Notes: generated from the letters alone by a model not told the origin. A stretch of DNA of 64,000 nt from a virus (IMGVR_UViG_3300049141_000098:1-64000), one strand, 5' to 3'; shown: positions 54,477 through 63,641, counted from the stretch's first letter. Program-made: numbers and translations.

Positions 54477-55436
54477 TCACCAGGCTGCATCCGGTGCGTT
54501 GAGTAGAGCGCCTGAGATGATCGAGGCGAGTGGGATCATGAGGATCGCGTGGAAGAGACCGGGCCCCATCTTGCTGCTCCGCTCCAACTCCTCCTCCGAC
54601 ATGGCCTGCCGGGCGTGGTAGAGCTTTTCCATGCGATCAAAGACCCACATCGTGCAGTAGTAGGCCGCGCAGAACAGGCCAGCGACCCAGATTTGCCACC
54701 ACCCCAGCGTCCACGGCTGGCCGAACCAGGCCGTGATGTAGTCCGGGTAGGCCACGCCCACCAGGAAGGTGGCCGGGACCATCCAGGGCAGCCTGGTCAG
54801 CCACTTAACGGCGAGTTCGGCTGCCTTGCCGTAGTAGGGCGATCGCTTGATGTGCTCGACCGCCGCGCTTCTGAAGCTGAACAGGACCATGGGTGCGAGG
54901 CCAAGACAGATTGCCGCGATGAGGCCGACCGTCTGACCCGTCTCACTGGCCATCCGTAACGTGTCCCGGAACCATCGCCCAGGCCCCTGGAGGAGGCCCC
55001 AGTCGATGGTGCTGGTGCCGTAGCGGATCCGTTCATAGGCGGCGGCCAGAAGGAACTGCGGGCCAACAGCCCAGGACGCAGCCACCGAGATCATGAACGA
55101 GGTGACGTACGGCCTCGTCTTTCCGTTCTTCGGAGCGAGAGTCCTTCTGACGGCCTTGATGACCGGTTGTACCGTCTCGCGGGCGACCTCTCCCTCTCTA
55201 CTGACTTTCTGCTTGGCGGGAGCCAGGATTTCTCCCGCTTCCCGGCGGATGTTTTGCTTCTTTCCCTCAGCCGATTTCCTCGCGTCCACCCACTTGGAGT
55301 GAGACGACGAGATCTTCCCCTTCAGGTTCTTGAGGTCCCCCTTCAGGGTGCGCGGTGGCTTCCGCGTCCCAGAGGGCTTCAGGTGCACATCAGGGTCATA
55401 CGTCGGCTTCGGCGGAGTCTTGACCGGCGCGGTCAC
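54477..55436 (-). CDS. Polytopic membrane protein with a basic N-terminal domain
   Basis: Lys/Arg-rich N-terminus followed by several TM helices; GGGAGGGAG RBS. Confidence 0.65.
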   Translation of the reverse strand: MTAPVKTPPKPTYDPDVHLKPSGTRKPPRTLKGDLKNLKGKISSSHSKWVDARKSAEGKKQNIRREAGEILAPAKQKVSREGEVARETVQPVIKAVRRTLAPKNGKTRPYVTSFMISVAASWAVGPQFLLAAAYERIRYGTSTIDWGLLQGPGRWFRDTLRMASETGQTVGLIAAICLGLAPMVLFSFRSAAVEHIKRSPYYGKAAELAVKWLTRLPWMVPATFLVGVAYPDYITAWFGQPWTLGWWQIWVAGLFCAAYYCTMWVFDRMEKLYHARQAMSEEELERSSKMGPGLFHAILMIPLASIISGALLNAPDAAW

Positions 55437-55496
55437 ATCTCTCCCTCCCGATGAGGAGTTTGGCCAGAAGTCCTTCCGATACCCTGCTCACGGATT

Positions 55497-55506
55497 GGCC
55501 TAGGCT
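55497..55506. promoter_or_regulatory. GGCCTAGGCT operator variant upstream of the 55436 gene
   Basis: 9/10 match, flanked by the direct repeat CGATACCCTG (55477 and 55509). Confidence 0.55.
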
Positions 55507-55652
55507 GGCGATACCCTGGAGAGGGTCAGTCCGTGAGAGGAGGTCGAACTTCGTCTGGAGCCCCGGAAGGTTCCAGTTCCTCCTCGTTTGCCATGCTGTG
55601 CGACGTCTGCCCTTCTTCGGCTGGCGTCGCGGACTCCAGCATGACACAATTC

Positions 55653-55662
55653 GGCCTAGGCC
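55653..55662. promoter_or_regulatory. GGCCTAGGCC operator candidate upstream of gntR
   Basis: Exact palindrome 23 nt before the GntR start. Confidence 0.7.
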
Positions 55663-55685
55663 ACAAGTAGAAGTGAGGAGAGAGC

Positions 55686-56420
55686 GTGAGCGAGCAAATC
55701 CCCAAGTTCCGGTCTATCGCGCAGAAGTTGAGGTCTCAGGTGACCTCCGGAGCGCTGGCGCCCGGTACCCCCCTCGCGTCGCGTCGAAGGCTTGCGAAGG
55801 ATTTCCAGACGTCGCGCGTCACGATCGACAAGGTCGTTGAGCTGCTGACAGCGGAAGGAGTTTTCGAGCCTTCCGACGGCAATCGACCACCAGTTGTTGC
55901 GGATATCTCGCAACGAGTCGTCAGCGTGCAGGACCGGGTGGACAGTCATGCCACCAACGGTCGGGCGTTGCGAGCCAATGAGGTCTCGAAGATCTTGTCG
56001 GTCGAGAAGACGCCATGCCCAGCCGACATCGCCCCCTTGCTCGGCGTCGCTCCGGGCAAGGAGGTTCTTTGCCGAACCCGACTGAACCTGGTCGACGACC
56101 ATCCGGATGCCACGGGCTACTCCTACTACCCACCGGAGGTGGTGGAGTTGGTGCCGGAGCTGGCACAGCCCGAATCCCTCCCCGAGGGCTCCCGGGAGTT
56201 GGTGAGCGAACGCATGGGGTCCCGGCAGAAGTACCGAAGGGACATCGTCACGTCTCGTCTGGCCACCGATCGGGAGCGTGAACTTCTCCAGTTGGGTGGC
56301 ACCTTGAATGTCGTGACACAGGACATGCGCCATGTGACCCTGGCCAACGGCAAGGTCATCGAGGTGGCCGTAAAGATCACCGAAGGAAACCGTCCGATCT
56401 CGTTTCTCTCGGAGCTGTGA
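55686..56420 (+). CDS. GntR/HutC-family repressor with UTRA domain (KorA/TraR-like)
   Basis: 'FRSIAQKLRSQVTSGALAPGTPLASRRRLAKDFQTSRVTIDKVVELL' wHTH plus a UTRA-like C-terminus; divergent from the transfer-like genes. Confidence 0.9.
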   Translation: MSEQIPKFRSIAQKLRSQVTSGALAPGTPLASRRRLAKDFQTSRVTIDKVVELLTAEGVFEPSDGNRPPVVADISQRVVSVQDRVDSHATNGRALRANEVSKILSVEKTPCPADIAPLLGVAPGKEVLCRTRLNLVDDHPDATGYSYYPPEVVELVPELAQPESLPEGSRELVSERMGSRQKYRRDIVTSRLATDRERELLQLGGTLNVVTQDMRHVTLANGKVIEVAVKITEGNRPISFLSEL

Positions 56421-56459
56421 AGCCTGACGGCGGTCAGCAGGACGCCGCTTTACGACGAA

Positions 56460-56505
56460 GGGCCCGGTTGCAGGGAGGCCACAACCCTGCAACCGGGCCC
56501 GTTTT
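56460..56505 (+). terminator. Intrinsic terminator between convergent genes
   Basis: 16-bp perfect inverted repeat GGGCCCGGTTGCAGGG / CCCTGCAACCGGGCCC followed by GTTTT. Confidence 0.8.
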
Positions 56506-56512
56506 GTTGCGC

Positions 56513-57256
56513 TCAGGGGACGTGGTCGAGCTTGAAGGCGTCGTCGCCACGCGCCAGCTCCTCGCGCATCTCCTCGTACTGCCAAAGATGTCCCTGAGGG
56601 TGGAGCCAGACCAGCTCCTCCATGTAGGCGGGAAGCTTCTCGCCTTGCATCTCCAGGGGGATGTGCAGGCACTCTGACGGTCCGACCCCGTACAGCCAAG
56701 TGAGGGCGCCGAATCCGATGAAGTGCCGCTGACCACCAGACGTGACGTAGCCGGGGCAGACGGCATACTTCTTCCCCGCTACGTCCTCGGGCCGGAACTC
56801 TCGATCAGGCGGGTCGCCAGGTTCTGCAACTCGTCGGCGATCCTCTCGGCGTCCCTCGCTCCGTATCGATCCTCGATGCTCTCCTGCCACCCGCTGGCCA
56901 GGGCGGACTCCAGGATCAGTCCGGCGCGGAACTTCGCTTCCCGCTTCGCCTGCCTGCCATCCATCGGGGATGGGCCTCCACTTTCTATCAGTCTTCCTGC
57001 GTTCAGGGTCCCAAAGAGCTGGCCCTCCCGCCCGGATCCAGCTCCGTACGTCCGCCAGACTAGGGGCGACCAGCACCTGCCACCGGGTCCACCTGTCCAG
57101 TCCGACACTGAATCGGGTGTCGCGCACTGTCCAGTACTGCGGCTTCGACGACCCGCAGTACTCGGGTTCGACCACGAGGTGACTGTGCCCGGAGATCTCG
57201 TAGTGCAGGTCGTCAGTCCGATCGCTGCCCCGACGGTGCAGCAGAGGCTTCGTCAC
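56513..57256 (-). CDS. Hypothetical protein, possibly a fusion of two small genes
   Basis: GTGA-coupled start; GC3 strong in the C-terminal part but poor where it overlaps 56779-56964. Confidence 0.4.
   Translation of the reverse strand: MTKPLLHRRGSDRTDDLHYEISGHSHLVVEPEYCGSSKPQYWTVRDTRFSVGLDRWTRWQVLVAPSLADVRSWIRAGGPALWDPERRKTDRKWRPIPDGWQAGEAGSEVPRRTDPGVRPGQRVAGEHRGSIRSEGRREDRRRVAEPGDPPDREFRPEDVAGKKYAVCPGYVTSGGQRHFIGFGALTWLYGVGPSECLHIPLEMQGEKLPAYMEELVWLHPQGHLWQYEEMREELARGDDAFKLDHVP
56779..56964 (-). CDS. Small hypothetical protein nested in another frame
   Basis: GGAGG RBS, ATG, strong GC3. Confidence 0.5.
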   Translation of the reverse strand: MDGRQAKREAKFRAGLILESALASGWQESIEDRYGARDAERIADELQNLATRLIESSGPRT

Positions 57257-57594
57257 GGCCGTTCCAGGAAGTACCACTCATCTCCGTCAAAGCGAAGGTC
57301 GCCGAAGTCGGTTCCGATCGTGACATCGCCCGAGCTGTGTGCGGTCACTGCGGCATCCCCCTGCGTGGTCAGCAGGTTCAGACCAGAAGCAAGCACATTG
57401 CCCAGCTCTCTGCCTTGGGACATGGGGTCATCTCCAGCGACCAGCTCGGCCATCGCGGCTTCCACGTCTTTCGTCAGTGACCTGCTGGAGCCGAGCCTTG
57501 CGAGTTCCTTCTCCGCCTTGTCGACGATGAGCCACAGCTCCGCAACACGCGCATTGCGCTCCGCCCTGTTCACGCTTTCCCCTCTCCGTGTCAA
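57253..57594 (-). CDS. Hypothetical protein
   Basis: Coupled to both neighbours by 4-nt overlaps. Confidence 0.5.
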   Translation of the reverse strand: MTRRGESVNRAERNARVAELWLIVDKAEKELARLGSSRSLTKDVEAAMAELVAGDDPMSQGRELGNVLASGLNLLTTQGDAAVTAHSSGDVTIGTDFGDLRFDGDEWYFLERP

Positions 57595-58292
57595 CCCTCG
57601 TCGCTCACAGCCACCAGATCTCCCGAGAGGTCCAGTAGAGCTACCTGGTGTGGAGCTGTCTTCGTGGAGAACTCGACCGTACCTTCGACGACTTCGCCGG
57701 GTTCGATGGCCCGCAACCCGGGGGCCAACGTACCCTCGCCGACAATCGCTGGGCGACCGTCACCCTTCACCATCGTGGCAAGCACGGTCACCTGTTCGTC
57801 AGTGCTGTTGCGGATGGTCACCTTCATGACAACGCCGACTTGCCCTTTGCCCGCAGGGGTGGCCGAGAGCGTGACAACCTTCGCCGTCGGCTGCCCAGGT
57901 GGAGGGGTTGCCCTCGATGGACTCTGCGCCGGACCTTCTCCTGCGGCTGGGAGGTCTTCACCAGAAACACCTCCGCCAGCAGGGGGAAGGTCTGCACTCT
58001 GACTGGTGGATGTGGTGGCGGGGGACTTCCCCTCCTGCTCGCTTCCGTCAGTCGCGGCGTTGAGGAACAGTGAGCCCACGATGACCGCGCCCGCCACGCC
58101 GCCGACTACCTTCACGACCCTGCCCCGAGAATTGCCAGAGGTGGGGGCGTCCGGCTTGTCGCTGTCCGGCTCTTCCCGCGTGGGGTTGACCGGAGGCTGC
58201 GAAGGTTGAGGGAGCGCCGCTATGGGCGGTGCGATCGACTCCTTGATGCCTTCGCCCGTGGCGGGCTGCGTACTCCACCAGTCGGTAGTCAT
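57591..58292 (-). CDS. Membrane-anchored protein with a Pro-rich linker and Ig-like C-terminus
   Basis: One TM helix 'VVGGVAGAVIVGSLFL'; beta-rich C-terminus. Confidence 0.6.
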   Translation of the reverse strand: MTTDWWSTQPATGEGIKESIAPPIAALPQPSQPPVNPTREEPDSDKPDAPTSGNSRGRVVKVVGGVAGAVIVGSLFLNAATDGSEQEGKSPATTSTSQSADLPPAGGGVSGEDLPAAGEGPAQSPSRATPPPGQPTAKVVTLSATPAGKGQVGVVMKVTIRNSTDEQVTVLATMVKGDGRPAIVGEGTLAPGLRAIEPGEVVEGTVEFSTKTAPHQVALLDLSGDLVAVSDEG

Positions 58293-58498
58293 CCCTTCCT
58301 CCCTCCCTTCAGCTTTTTGCGGATGTTGAGCGCCGCTCCGGTTACGGCTCCGGCCACAAACGCTTCTTTCGACGGAACACCGATGGCCACGAAGGTGGCA
58401 CTGTCCAGTGCGGCGCCCATCAGGGCGGCCGTGGTTACGCCGGGGTCGACCTCTTCCATGCCTTGCTGTATGGCCCAGGTGACGGCTTTCTCCATCAC
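58289..58498 (-). CDS. Small hydrophobic protein
   Basis: Gly/Ala-rich helices; ATGA coupling. Confidence 0.4.
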   Translation of the reverse strand: MMEKAVTWAIQQGMEEVDPGVTTAALMGAALDSATFVAIGVPSKEAFVAGAVTGAALNIRKKLKGGRKG

Positions 58499-58926
58499 GG
58501 CAGAAGCACCGTCCTCTTGTTTTTCACCCTCACGATCCTTTTCCTTTCCGAAGTACAGATCTACGCTTGGATCCGCGTCAGATCATGAGCACCCCAAAGT
58601 GCCAGATAATCGAACGTCCAGATCGAAGACTCCCCATCCTCACCCCCGCGCTCTTCGACAACCGGGGGTCGGAGGATGGTGAACTCCAGACCGTCGCGAT
58701 GCCGGTACACAATGCCAGGGGGCCAGATCGGCATGGTCGGATGTTCGTGACCGCCCGTAGGGGTGATTCGAATGCGAACATGTTTGATCTTTCCCGTGGG
58801 ATCCTCGTCGGACTCAATCGGCTGGATGACGATCAGATTGGCGCCTGTTGCGCCAGAAGCCTCAAGGCGCCAGGTCATGGCCCCTCCTTTCACGTATCAA
58901 TACATCGAGAATACAAGCAAGTTGAT

Positions 58927-58963
58927 ACAAATGAAGCCCCCTCTTTGAGGGGGCTTCATTTGT
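58927..58963. terminator. Bidirectional terminator-like hairpin
   Basis: 17-bp perfect inverted repeat ACAAATGAAGCCCCCTC / GAGGGGGCTTCATTTGT with a 3-nt loop. Confidence 0.8.
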
Positions 58964-58973
58964 TGAGACACGC

Positions 58974-60089
58974 TCAGTCGGACGAATTTACCAGCCAGTC
59001 CGCGAGATTGTTCTCGATGAACCACTCACGCGGGAAGCTGGTCGTGGCCTCCGACAGTCGAGAAGGGTGCTTGATCTCGTTGGCGGAGCAGAAGTCGATT
59101 CGCTTAACGCCACCCAGGGCGTAGTCCGCTGCGTAGTAACGGCGAGCCAGTTCCGCCTTCCGTGCCTGAGGTTCAGACAGGCCCAGCGCCATCAGCTCAA
59201 TGAGTGAGGCGTCAACCCCATCGGATCCCGTCAGGGCCGGACGGGAAGCGGGGTTGACGACCTGACCGGAGATCATGCGTGGGCGACGAAGACTCATTTC
59301 CCAATCATGGTCGTCACGCATCCGGTCAACATTCGCGCGGGAGGACAGCTCAGCAATTCGGAGTTCCTCCTTCAGGCTGATGTCCAGCGCCTTGAGTCGA
59401 TTCTCCTGTCGCAGCTCCAGCTCCTTCAGCTCGAAGTCGCTCTGCTTCTTCAGGAGCTTGCGCTCGCCCTCGGCCCGCTCGTCCTCCAGGATGCGGTCGT
59501 TCTCACGGCGTCGGGCTTCCATCTCGGCCTTGTGCTTCTCCTCTGTAGCCTTGATCTTCTCGAACTCGACGTTGGCCGCGCGCCTCGTCTCATTGATTTC
59601 GCGCATCTCTTCGTCGGTCGGCGCGACGGGGTCACGCAGATCATCGAGCGCCAGCGACCACGTGAACTTCGTGGCGAGCGGCAGGATCGCAGTGAAGGCC
59701 GCCGTCCAGCCGCCAAGCTCATGGCCGTGGTAGCCGAGCATTGCGGCGACTGCGACTGCTTCGACCCAGCCGATGAACGGGAGAATGTTCCTCGACGTCC
59801 CCTTCGCGCCCCAGCCCGTCCACATGATCTTTTTGCCCTGGTACTCGGCCACCATCGTGGCGCTCCAGAAAACATCCATCGCCGCTGCGGCCGACAGGCC
59901 GACGAGGCTCAGGCCGCCGAGCCTCTCGATGGGAACTGCGGTGACCTGGTTCAGGTCCAGGAACGACCACGTCGAGTAGGCGAGCGATCCGAGGGACATG
60001 AAGCAGGCGAGGCCTACCAGGAAGCTGAACCTGCGCTTCATGTCCTTCTTCTCGGTTTGAGGATTCGTCTCGTTCACCGTCTCAGCCAT
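58974..60089 (-). CDS. SpdB-like membrane protein (TM helices plus a long coiled coil)
   Basis: N-terminal TM helices then an E/R/K-rich coiled coil, the architecture of Streptomyces plasmid spread proteins. Confidence 0.6.
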   Translation of the reverse strand: MAETVNETNPQTEKKDMKRRFSFLVGLACFMSLGSLAYSTWSFLDLNQVTAVPIERLGGLSLVGLSAAAAMDVFWSATMVAEYQGKKIMWTGWGAKGTSRNILPFIGWVEAVAVAAMLGYHGHELGGWTAAFTAILPLATKFTWSLALDDLRDPVAPTDEEMREINETRRAANVEFEKIKATEEKHKAEMEARRRENDRILEDERAEGERKLLKKQSDFELKELELRQENRLKALDISLKEELRIAELSSRANVDRMRDDHDWEMSLRRPRMISGQVVNPASRPALTGSDGVDASLIELMALGLSEPQARKAELARRYYAADYALGGVKRIDFCSANEIKHPSRLSEATTSFPREWFIENNLADWLVNSSD

Positions 60090-60139
60090 CTTGCCGTTTC
60101 TCCCTCTTTCCGAAAGTGCCCGTGGGGGCGACATGCACG

Positions 60140-60184
60140 ACTTTTCCAGATGGCCTAGGCCGTGTCAAGCGAACCTGGAAAAGT
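60140..60184. promoter_or_regulatory. Promoter of the SpdB-like gene with GGCCTAGGCC (60152-60161) next to TTGACA
   Basis: - strand TTGACA-cGGCCTAGGCCatctgg-AAAAGT; flanked by a 10-bp inverted repeat ACTTTTCCAG / CTGGAAAAGT. Confidence 0.7.
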
Positions 60185-60334
60185 TCGTTCCAGAAGACGT
60201 TCTGTCCGTTTCGCTAGCTTCGAAGGGGTTAGCGGCGTCTTGCGGTGCCTCAATGCACCCCTTCGTCCGTTTCACCCACTGAACCACCTATCTTCTTTCG
60301 GCAGGTTCCAGTGAGATGGAAGCCCTTCCGTCTC

Positions 60335-60766
60335 TCAGGAAGACGGGCTGCGACGAAACAGACGTGAGAGGAAGCCCTTTCGCGCCCCACCATCCTCGGT
60401 GGAAGTCGCAGAACCCGATGAAGTCGCTGGTGTGGTGGACGAAGGGAGGTCTCCTGTCCGGTTCTGACCCGATTCGCCGCCTGGAACATCCGAAGAACCG
60501 CCGCCCAGGAGGCGAAGATCGAGGGCGTATATGTTCGCCCCCCGCAGTCCGTTGACCGAGAAGCCGGGCTCGGTGCGCAGCAGGCCCCGCTGGGTCAGTT
60601 CAGTGCGAGCGCGCACCAGGGCACCCTGCGTGAGGCCAGAGGCTTTCAGAAGAGCTGTCGTGGGCACTTGCGCCCGGCCCGCGCCATCGACGCGGTCCAG
60701 GAGAGTCTCAAGCAGCTTTCCTGCCTCGTAACCGAGGATGCTGCGGTCGAATGTCACGTCAGTCAT
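60335..60766 (-). CDS. Winged-helix DNA-binding protein
   Basis: 'TTALLKASGLTQGALVRARTELTQRGLL' HTH plus a wing. Confidence 0.6.
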   Translation of the reverse strand: MTDVTFDRSILGYEAGKLLETLLDRVDGAGRAQVPTTALLKASGLTQGALVRARTELTQRGLLRTEPGFSVNGLRGANIYALDLRLLGGGSSDVPGGESGQNRTGDLPSSTTPATSSGSATSTEDGGARKGFLSRLFRRSPSS

Positions 60767-60865
60767 GGGGGTGCCTTTCCGGGTAGGACCTGTCGGTGAT
60801 CAGGGTACGCAGAAGGGACGCTGGAACCATGTCCAGCGCCCCTTCTGGTGAGCTGCGCTCGCGAC

Positions 60866-62347
60866 CTACTCGTCTTCCGCATCCGCCCAGGGGTCGCGCC
60901 CCAGCCAGTTCGCGATAGTCGTCTTGCTGACCCCCAGCATCAAGCCAGCACTTCGCTGGCTCTGCCGGTTGGCAGGAACCTCCCTCCTGACCCACTCGAT
61001 CGCGTTCCTGCGCGCCGCTTCCTTCTCCTCCTCCGACACGTTCGGCATGCCCTGAAGAGCCCGGTAAACGAGTACCGCCGGGTCGATCCCGGAGGAGCCC
61101 TTCTCCTCGCCAGGGGGCTCGGGAACCTGGTGAGATTCCGGCCTAGAGGTGGCATCAGGTTCCGGCTCCGGAGCCGCCTCAGGTTCCTCCTCCGGCTCAA
61201 CGTCGGGTTTCGTGAGGAACCAGTCGCCTGCCATGGGGGCTTCGGTTACCTCGTAGGGCCCCTGCTCAGCCTGGAGTTCGGACGTTTCCGGTGGGGTGAC
61301 CACATCCTTGTCGAGGCTGACCTGCGGAAATAGCTCCTCCTGGATGGGGTTGGTTGCCACCGTGGTGACCGCTTCTCCGTGCGGGGCCAGCTCGGCGCCG
61401 TTGTCACCTTCCGTGACCGTGAGAGAAGACCACTCTGGACGGCTCGGGGTGGTGTTGATTGCCACCTGGTCACCTGCTCTGACCTGGGGATTTCCCCTTT
61501 CGTCGAAGGAGGGGATGACCGGGTTGCCACCCGATTTCGCAGCGGCCAGAGGGACGGTCGGATTGTCCAGCTCCAGTGCGTCCGGAATCTGGGGGTTTGC
61601 CCCCTCTGATCCAAGGTCTCTGGCCGGACGTGTTGCCACCTGGACAAGGGTCTTCATATCCCCGTGGTCACCCCGTCCGACCTGCACAAAAGGGCTTTCG
61701 GAGGCCTCCTTGTGAGCAGTCTCGGCGAGAGGGGTGACCACCTGGGTGGCCAGATCAGAAGAGATCTGTGACGTTTGATCGCTTACGTCCGGAATGTCAC
61801 CCGGGGTGACCACCTCGGTTTCTGAAGACGTCTCGCTGACCTGCTGGTTTTCCAGCACCTCGGTGGGTGCTTCCGGAGCGGGGTCCACCTTGGTCTCCCG
61901 CTCGGAATCGTCACTACGCGTACCCAAGTCCGGGAGATCGGCCCATGGTTCCTCACGGCCGAGACGACGCTCCCGAGCGGACAGGAAGGCCAGGCCTCCC
62001 AGCGCCACCAGTACCGCAGTGAGAAGGGCCTGCCAGACACTGATCTGCCGACCACCCCGCTCGGGGCCGCCAGTGACTGCGCTGAGCACGATCCAGAGCG
62101 GCGCCAGAACGACGGCAGCTCTCATCAACTTGACCCAAGGACCCCTGGGGATGCCGTCCTCGTCAGGCTCCAGGACCCAGTTCTTGGCGCCGTGCAGCCC
62201 ACGCCGAAGCATGAGGCCGACGCCTCTACGGCCATGTTGCACCTCAACGGAGCGACTGATGCCAGCCATCCGAGGTGGGGCGGTCCTTGCCATCTTTCCT
62301 TCTCCTTTCCGGCGACCCGAGGTGTCCGGGCTCATCGTTTGTTCCAT
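60866..62347 (-). CDS. Two-TM membrane protein with a long acidic linker and C-terminal HTH
   Basis: Two TM helices, P/E/T-rich region, 'SQRSAGLMLGVSKTTIANWL'. Confidence 0.65.
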   Translation of the reverse strand: MEQTMSPDTSGRRKGEGKMARTAPPRMAGISRSVEVQHGRRGVGLMLRRGLHGAKNWVLEPDEDGIPRGPWVKLMRAAVVLAPLWIVLSAVTGGPERGGRQISVWQALLTAVLVALGGLAFLSARERRLGREEPWADLPDLGTRSDDSERETKVDPAPEAPTEVLENQQVSETSSETEVVTPGDIPDVSDQTSQISSDLATQVVTPLAETAHKEASESPFVQVGRGDHGDMKTLVQVATRPARDLGSEGANPQIPDALELDNPTVPLAAAKSGGNPVIPSFDERGNPQVRAGDQVAINTTPSRPEWSSLTVTEGDNGAELAPHGEAVTTVATNPIQEELFPQVSLDKDVVTPPETSELQAEQGPYEVTEAPMAGDWFLTKPDVEPEEEPEAAPEPEPDATSRPESHQVPEPPGEEKGSSGIDPAVLVYRALQGMPNVSEEEKEAARRNAIEWVRREVPANRQSQRSAGLMLGVSKTTIANWLGRDPWADAEDE

Positions 62348-62536
62348 CTCCCCCGCCCGGCTCGACCCACCAAGTCGATGCCTTTACGCTGGCGGCACCT
62401 GGCGGGTCACCGCACTGGTCGCAAAGGCCACGAGCCCGGTTCCACCTGTTTCCTCGTTGGCCCGAGAGGTGGTTCGGGGCTCGTGGCATCCTCATGTCGG
62501 CAAGCTGCCACCACAAGGGTGGTCCGCTTCCGACTC

Positions 62537-62749
62537 TCACCCAGCCGTTGCGCCCATGAGGAGCTTGAAATCGGGCGAACCGGGCTGAACCTCCTTGAAC
62601 CGGCGGCAGGAACACTTGATCCGGCGCCCGCTGGATTCATTGCCGAGGTTCTTGGTGCAGGCCGTCTTGGGCCCCTCATCGTGGGTGCCGTTGTGACAGC
62701 CCCTCAGGTGGGTGCACCGTTGGCACCGCATTGCGTCACGTGCGCTCAT
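62537..62749 (-). CDS. Small Cys/His-rich protein
   Basis: 'CQRCTH...CHNGTH...C...CSCRRF'; GTGA coupling. Confidence 0.5.
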   Translation of the reverse strand: MSARDAMRCQRCTHLRGCHNGTHDEGPKTACTKNLGNESSGRRIKCSCRRFKEVQPGSPDFKLLMGATAG

Positions 62750-62997
62750 CGCCCCTCCTTGTGTGCCCTGTTGCTGCGTTCCAGGCTGCTCACGACGTGA
62801 TCAAGGCACCCTTGACCGAAGCCAGGGATGTCCAACAGATCACCGTAGGTCGCCGCCTTCAGGCGAGACGGCGTGCCGATTCCGTACCTGATGAGGCAGT
62901 TCACGATGCGCGTCGCAAGCGCGCCATACCCCAGGATTTCGTGCAGACCGGCGCGGTCGATCGAGGGACGACCTCCCGCGCCAGCGCCCCTCATCAC
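62746..62997 (-). CDS. Stand-alone RNA polymerase alpha-CTD-like (HhH) protein
   Basis: 'LATRIVNCLIRYGIGTPSRLKAATYGDLLDIPGFGQGCLDHV' aligns by eye with the alpha-CTD pattern 'LSVRxxNCLKRxGIxTxxxL...LLxxxNFGxKSLxEI'. Confidence 0.7.
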   Translation of the reverse strand: MMRGAGAGGRPSIDRAGLHEILGYGALATRIVNCLIRYGIGTPSRLKAATYGDLLDIPGFGQGCLDHVVSSLERSNRAHKEGR

Positions 62998-63338
62998 TGC
63001 ACAGCCTCCTCGTCGCCCCAGGTACGCCCCTGATAGTCCTTGTGATCCGTCTCGGGGTAATGACCGCGCTCCTCCTCGCAAACCCCGTTGTGTTCGGCGT
63101 TCTCGGACATGCAGTCCAGCAGTACGCCGTGCTCCTTGAAGGCAGCCACGACGGCGGGCTCATCCTCGTAGAGACCGAGGGAGGCGTCAGCGTTGTCCCA
63201 GTGCAGCTCCAGCAGGCCTTTCACCAGCTTTGACGCGATCCGCTGTAGGGCGGCGTCGCTGATCTGCCCCTTCAGGGGGAGTAGTTCGTCTATCACGGGC
63301 TCGAAGACCAGATCACCGGCCTCGTACTTGGCACCCAC
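62994..63338 (-). CDS. Hypothetical protein
   Basis: GTG immediately after the upstream stop; GC3 bias. Confidence 0.55.
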   Translation of the reverse strand: MGAKYEAGDLVFEPVIDELLPLKGQISDAALQRIASKLVKGLLELHWDNADASLGLYEDEPAVVAAFKEHGVLLDCMSENAEHNGVCEEERGHYPETDHKDYQGRTWGDEEAVQ

Positions 63339-63339
63339 G

Positions 63340-63588
63340 TCAGCCCTCCATCGGCTCGTCGAAGCAGACGATCGTCTGTTTGGCCAGGCGACTTTCCCGA
63401 CCCGTCCGCATGTTCCGGTAGACCCGCAGGAGCTGGCGCGCACTCTGCTCGAAGTCCCCGGAGAGCCCTGGTGTGTTGTCGTTCTCCGTGCGCCACGATT
63501 CGTTCTCATCCGCGCGGGACTGGATGGCCCATCGCACAGACTGGATAGCAACCTCGGCGTTGGCAGGGATCTCGCCCTTACTGACCAC
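63340..63588 (-). CDS. Hypothetical protein
   Basis: GAAAGG RBS. Confidence 0.5.
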   Translation of the reverse strand: MVSKGEIPANAEVAIQSVRWAIQSRADENESWRTENDNTPGLSGDFEQSARQLLRVYRNMRTGRESRLAKQTIVCFDEPMEG

Positions 63589-63641
63589 AGTTCACCTTTC
63601 CGAAGGTTCTTCTAGTTGTTCGCCCTGGAATGCAAGGTGAA

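Noticed and set aside
35625-63610. Recurring (T)CGGAAAGG motif before many - strand genes (e.g. near 35630, 44010, 48890, 58545, 63600)
   Set aside because: Position just upstream of start codons fits an ordinary Shine-Dalgarno sequence.
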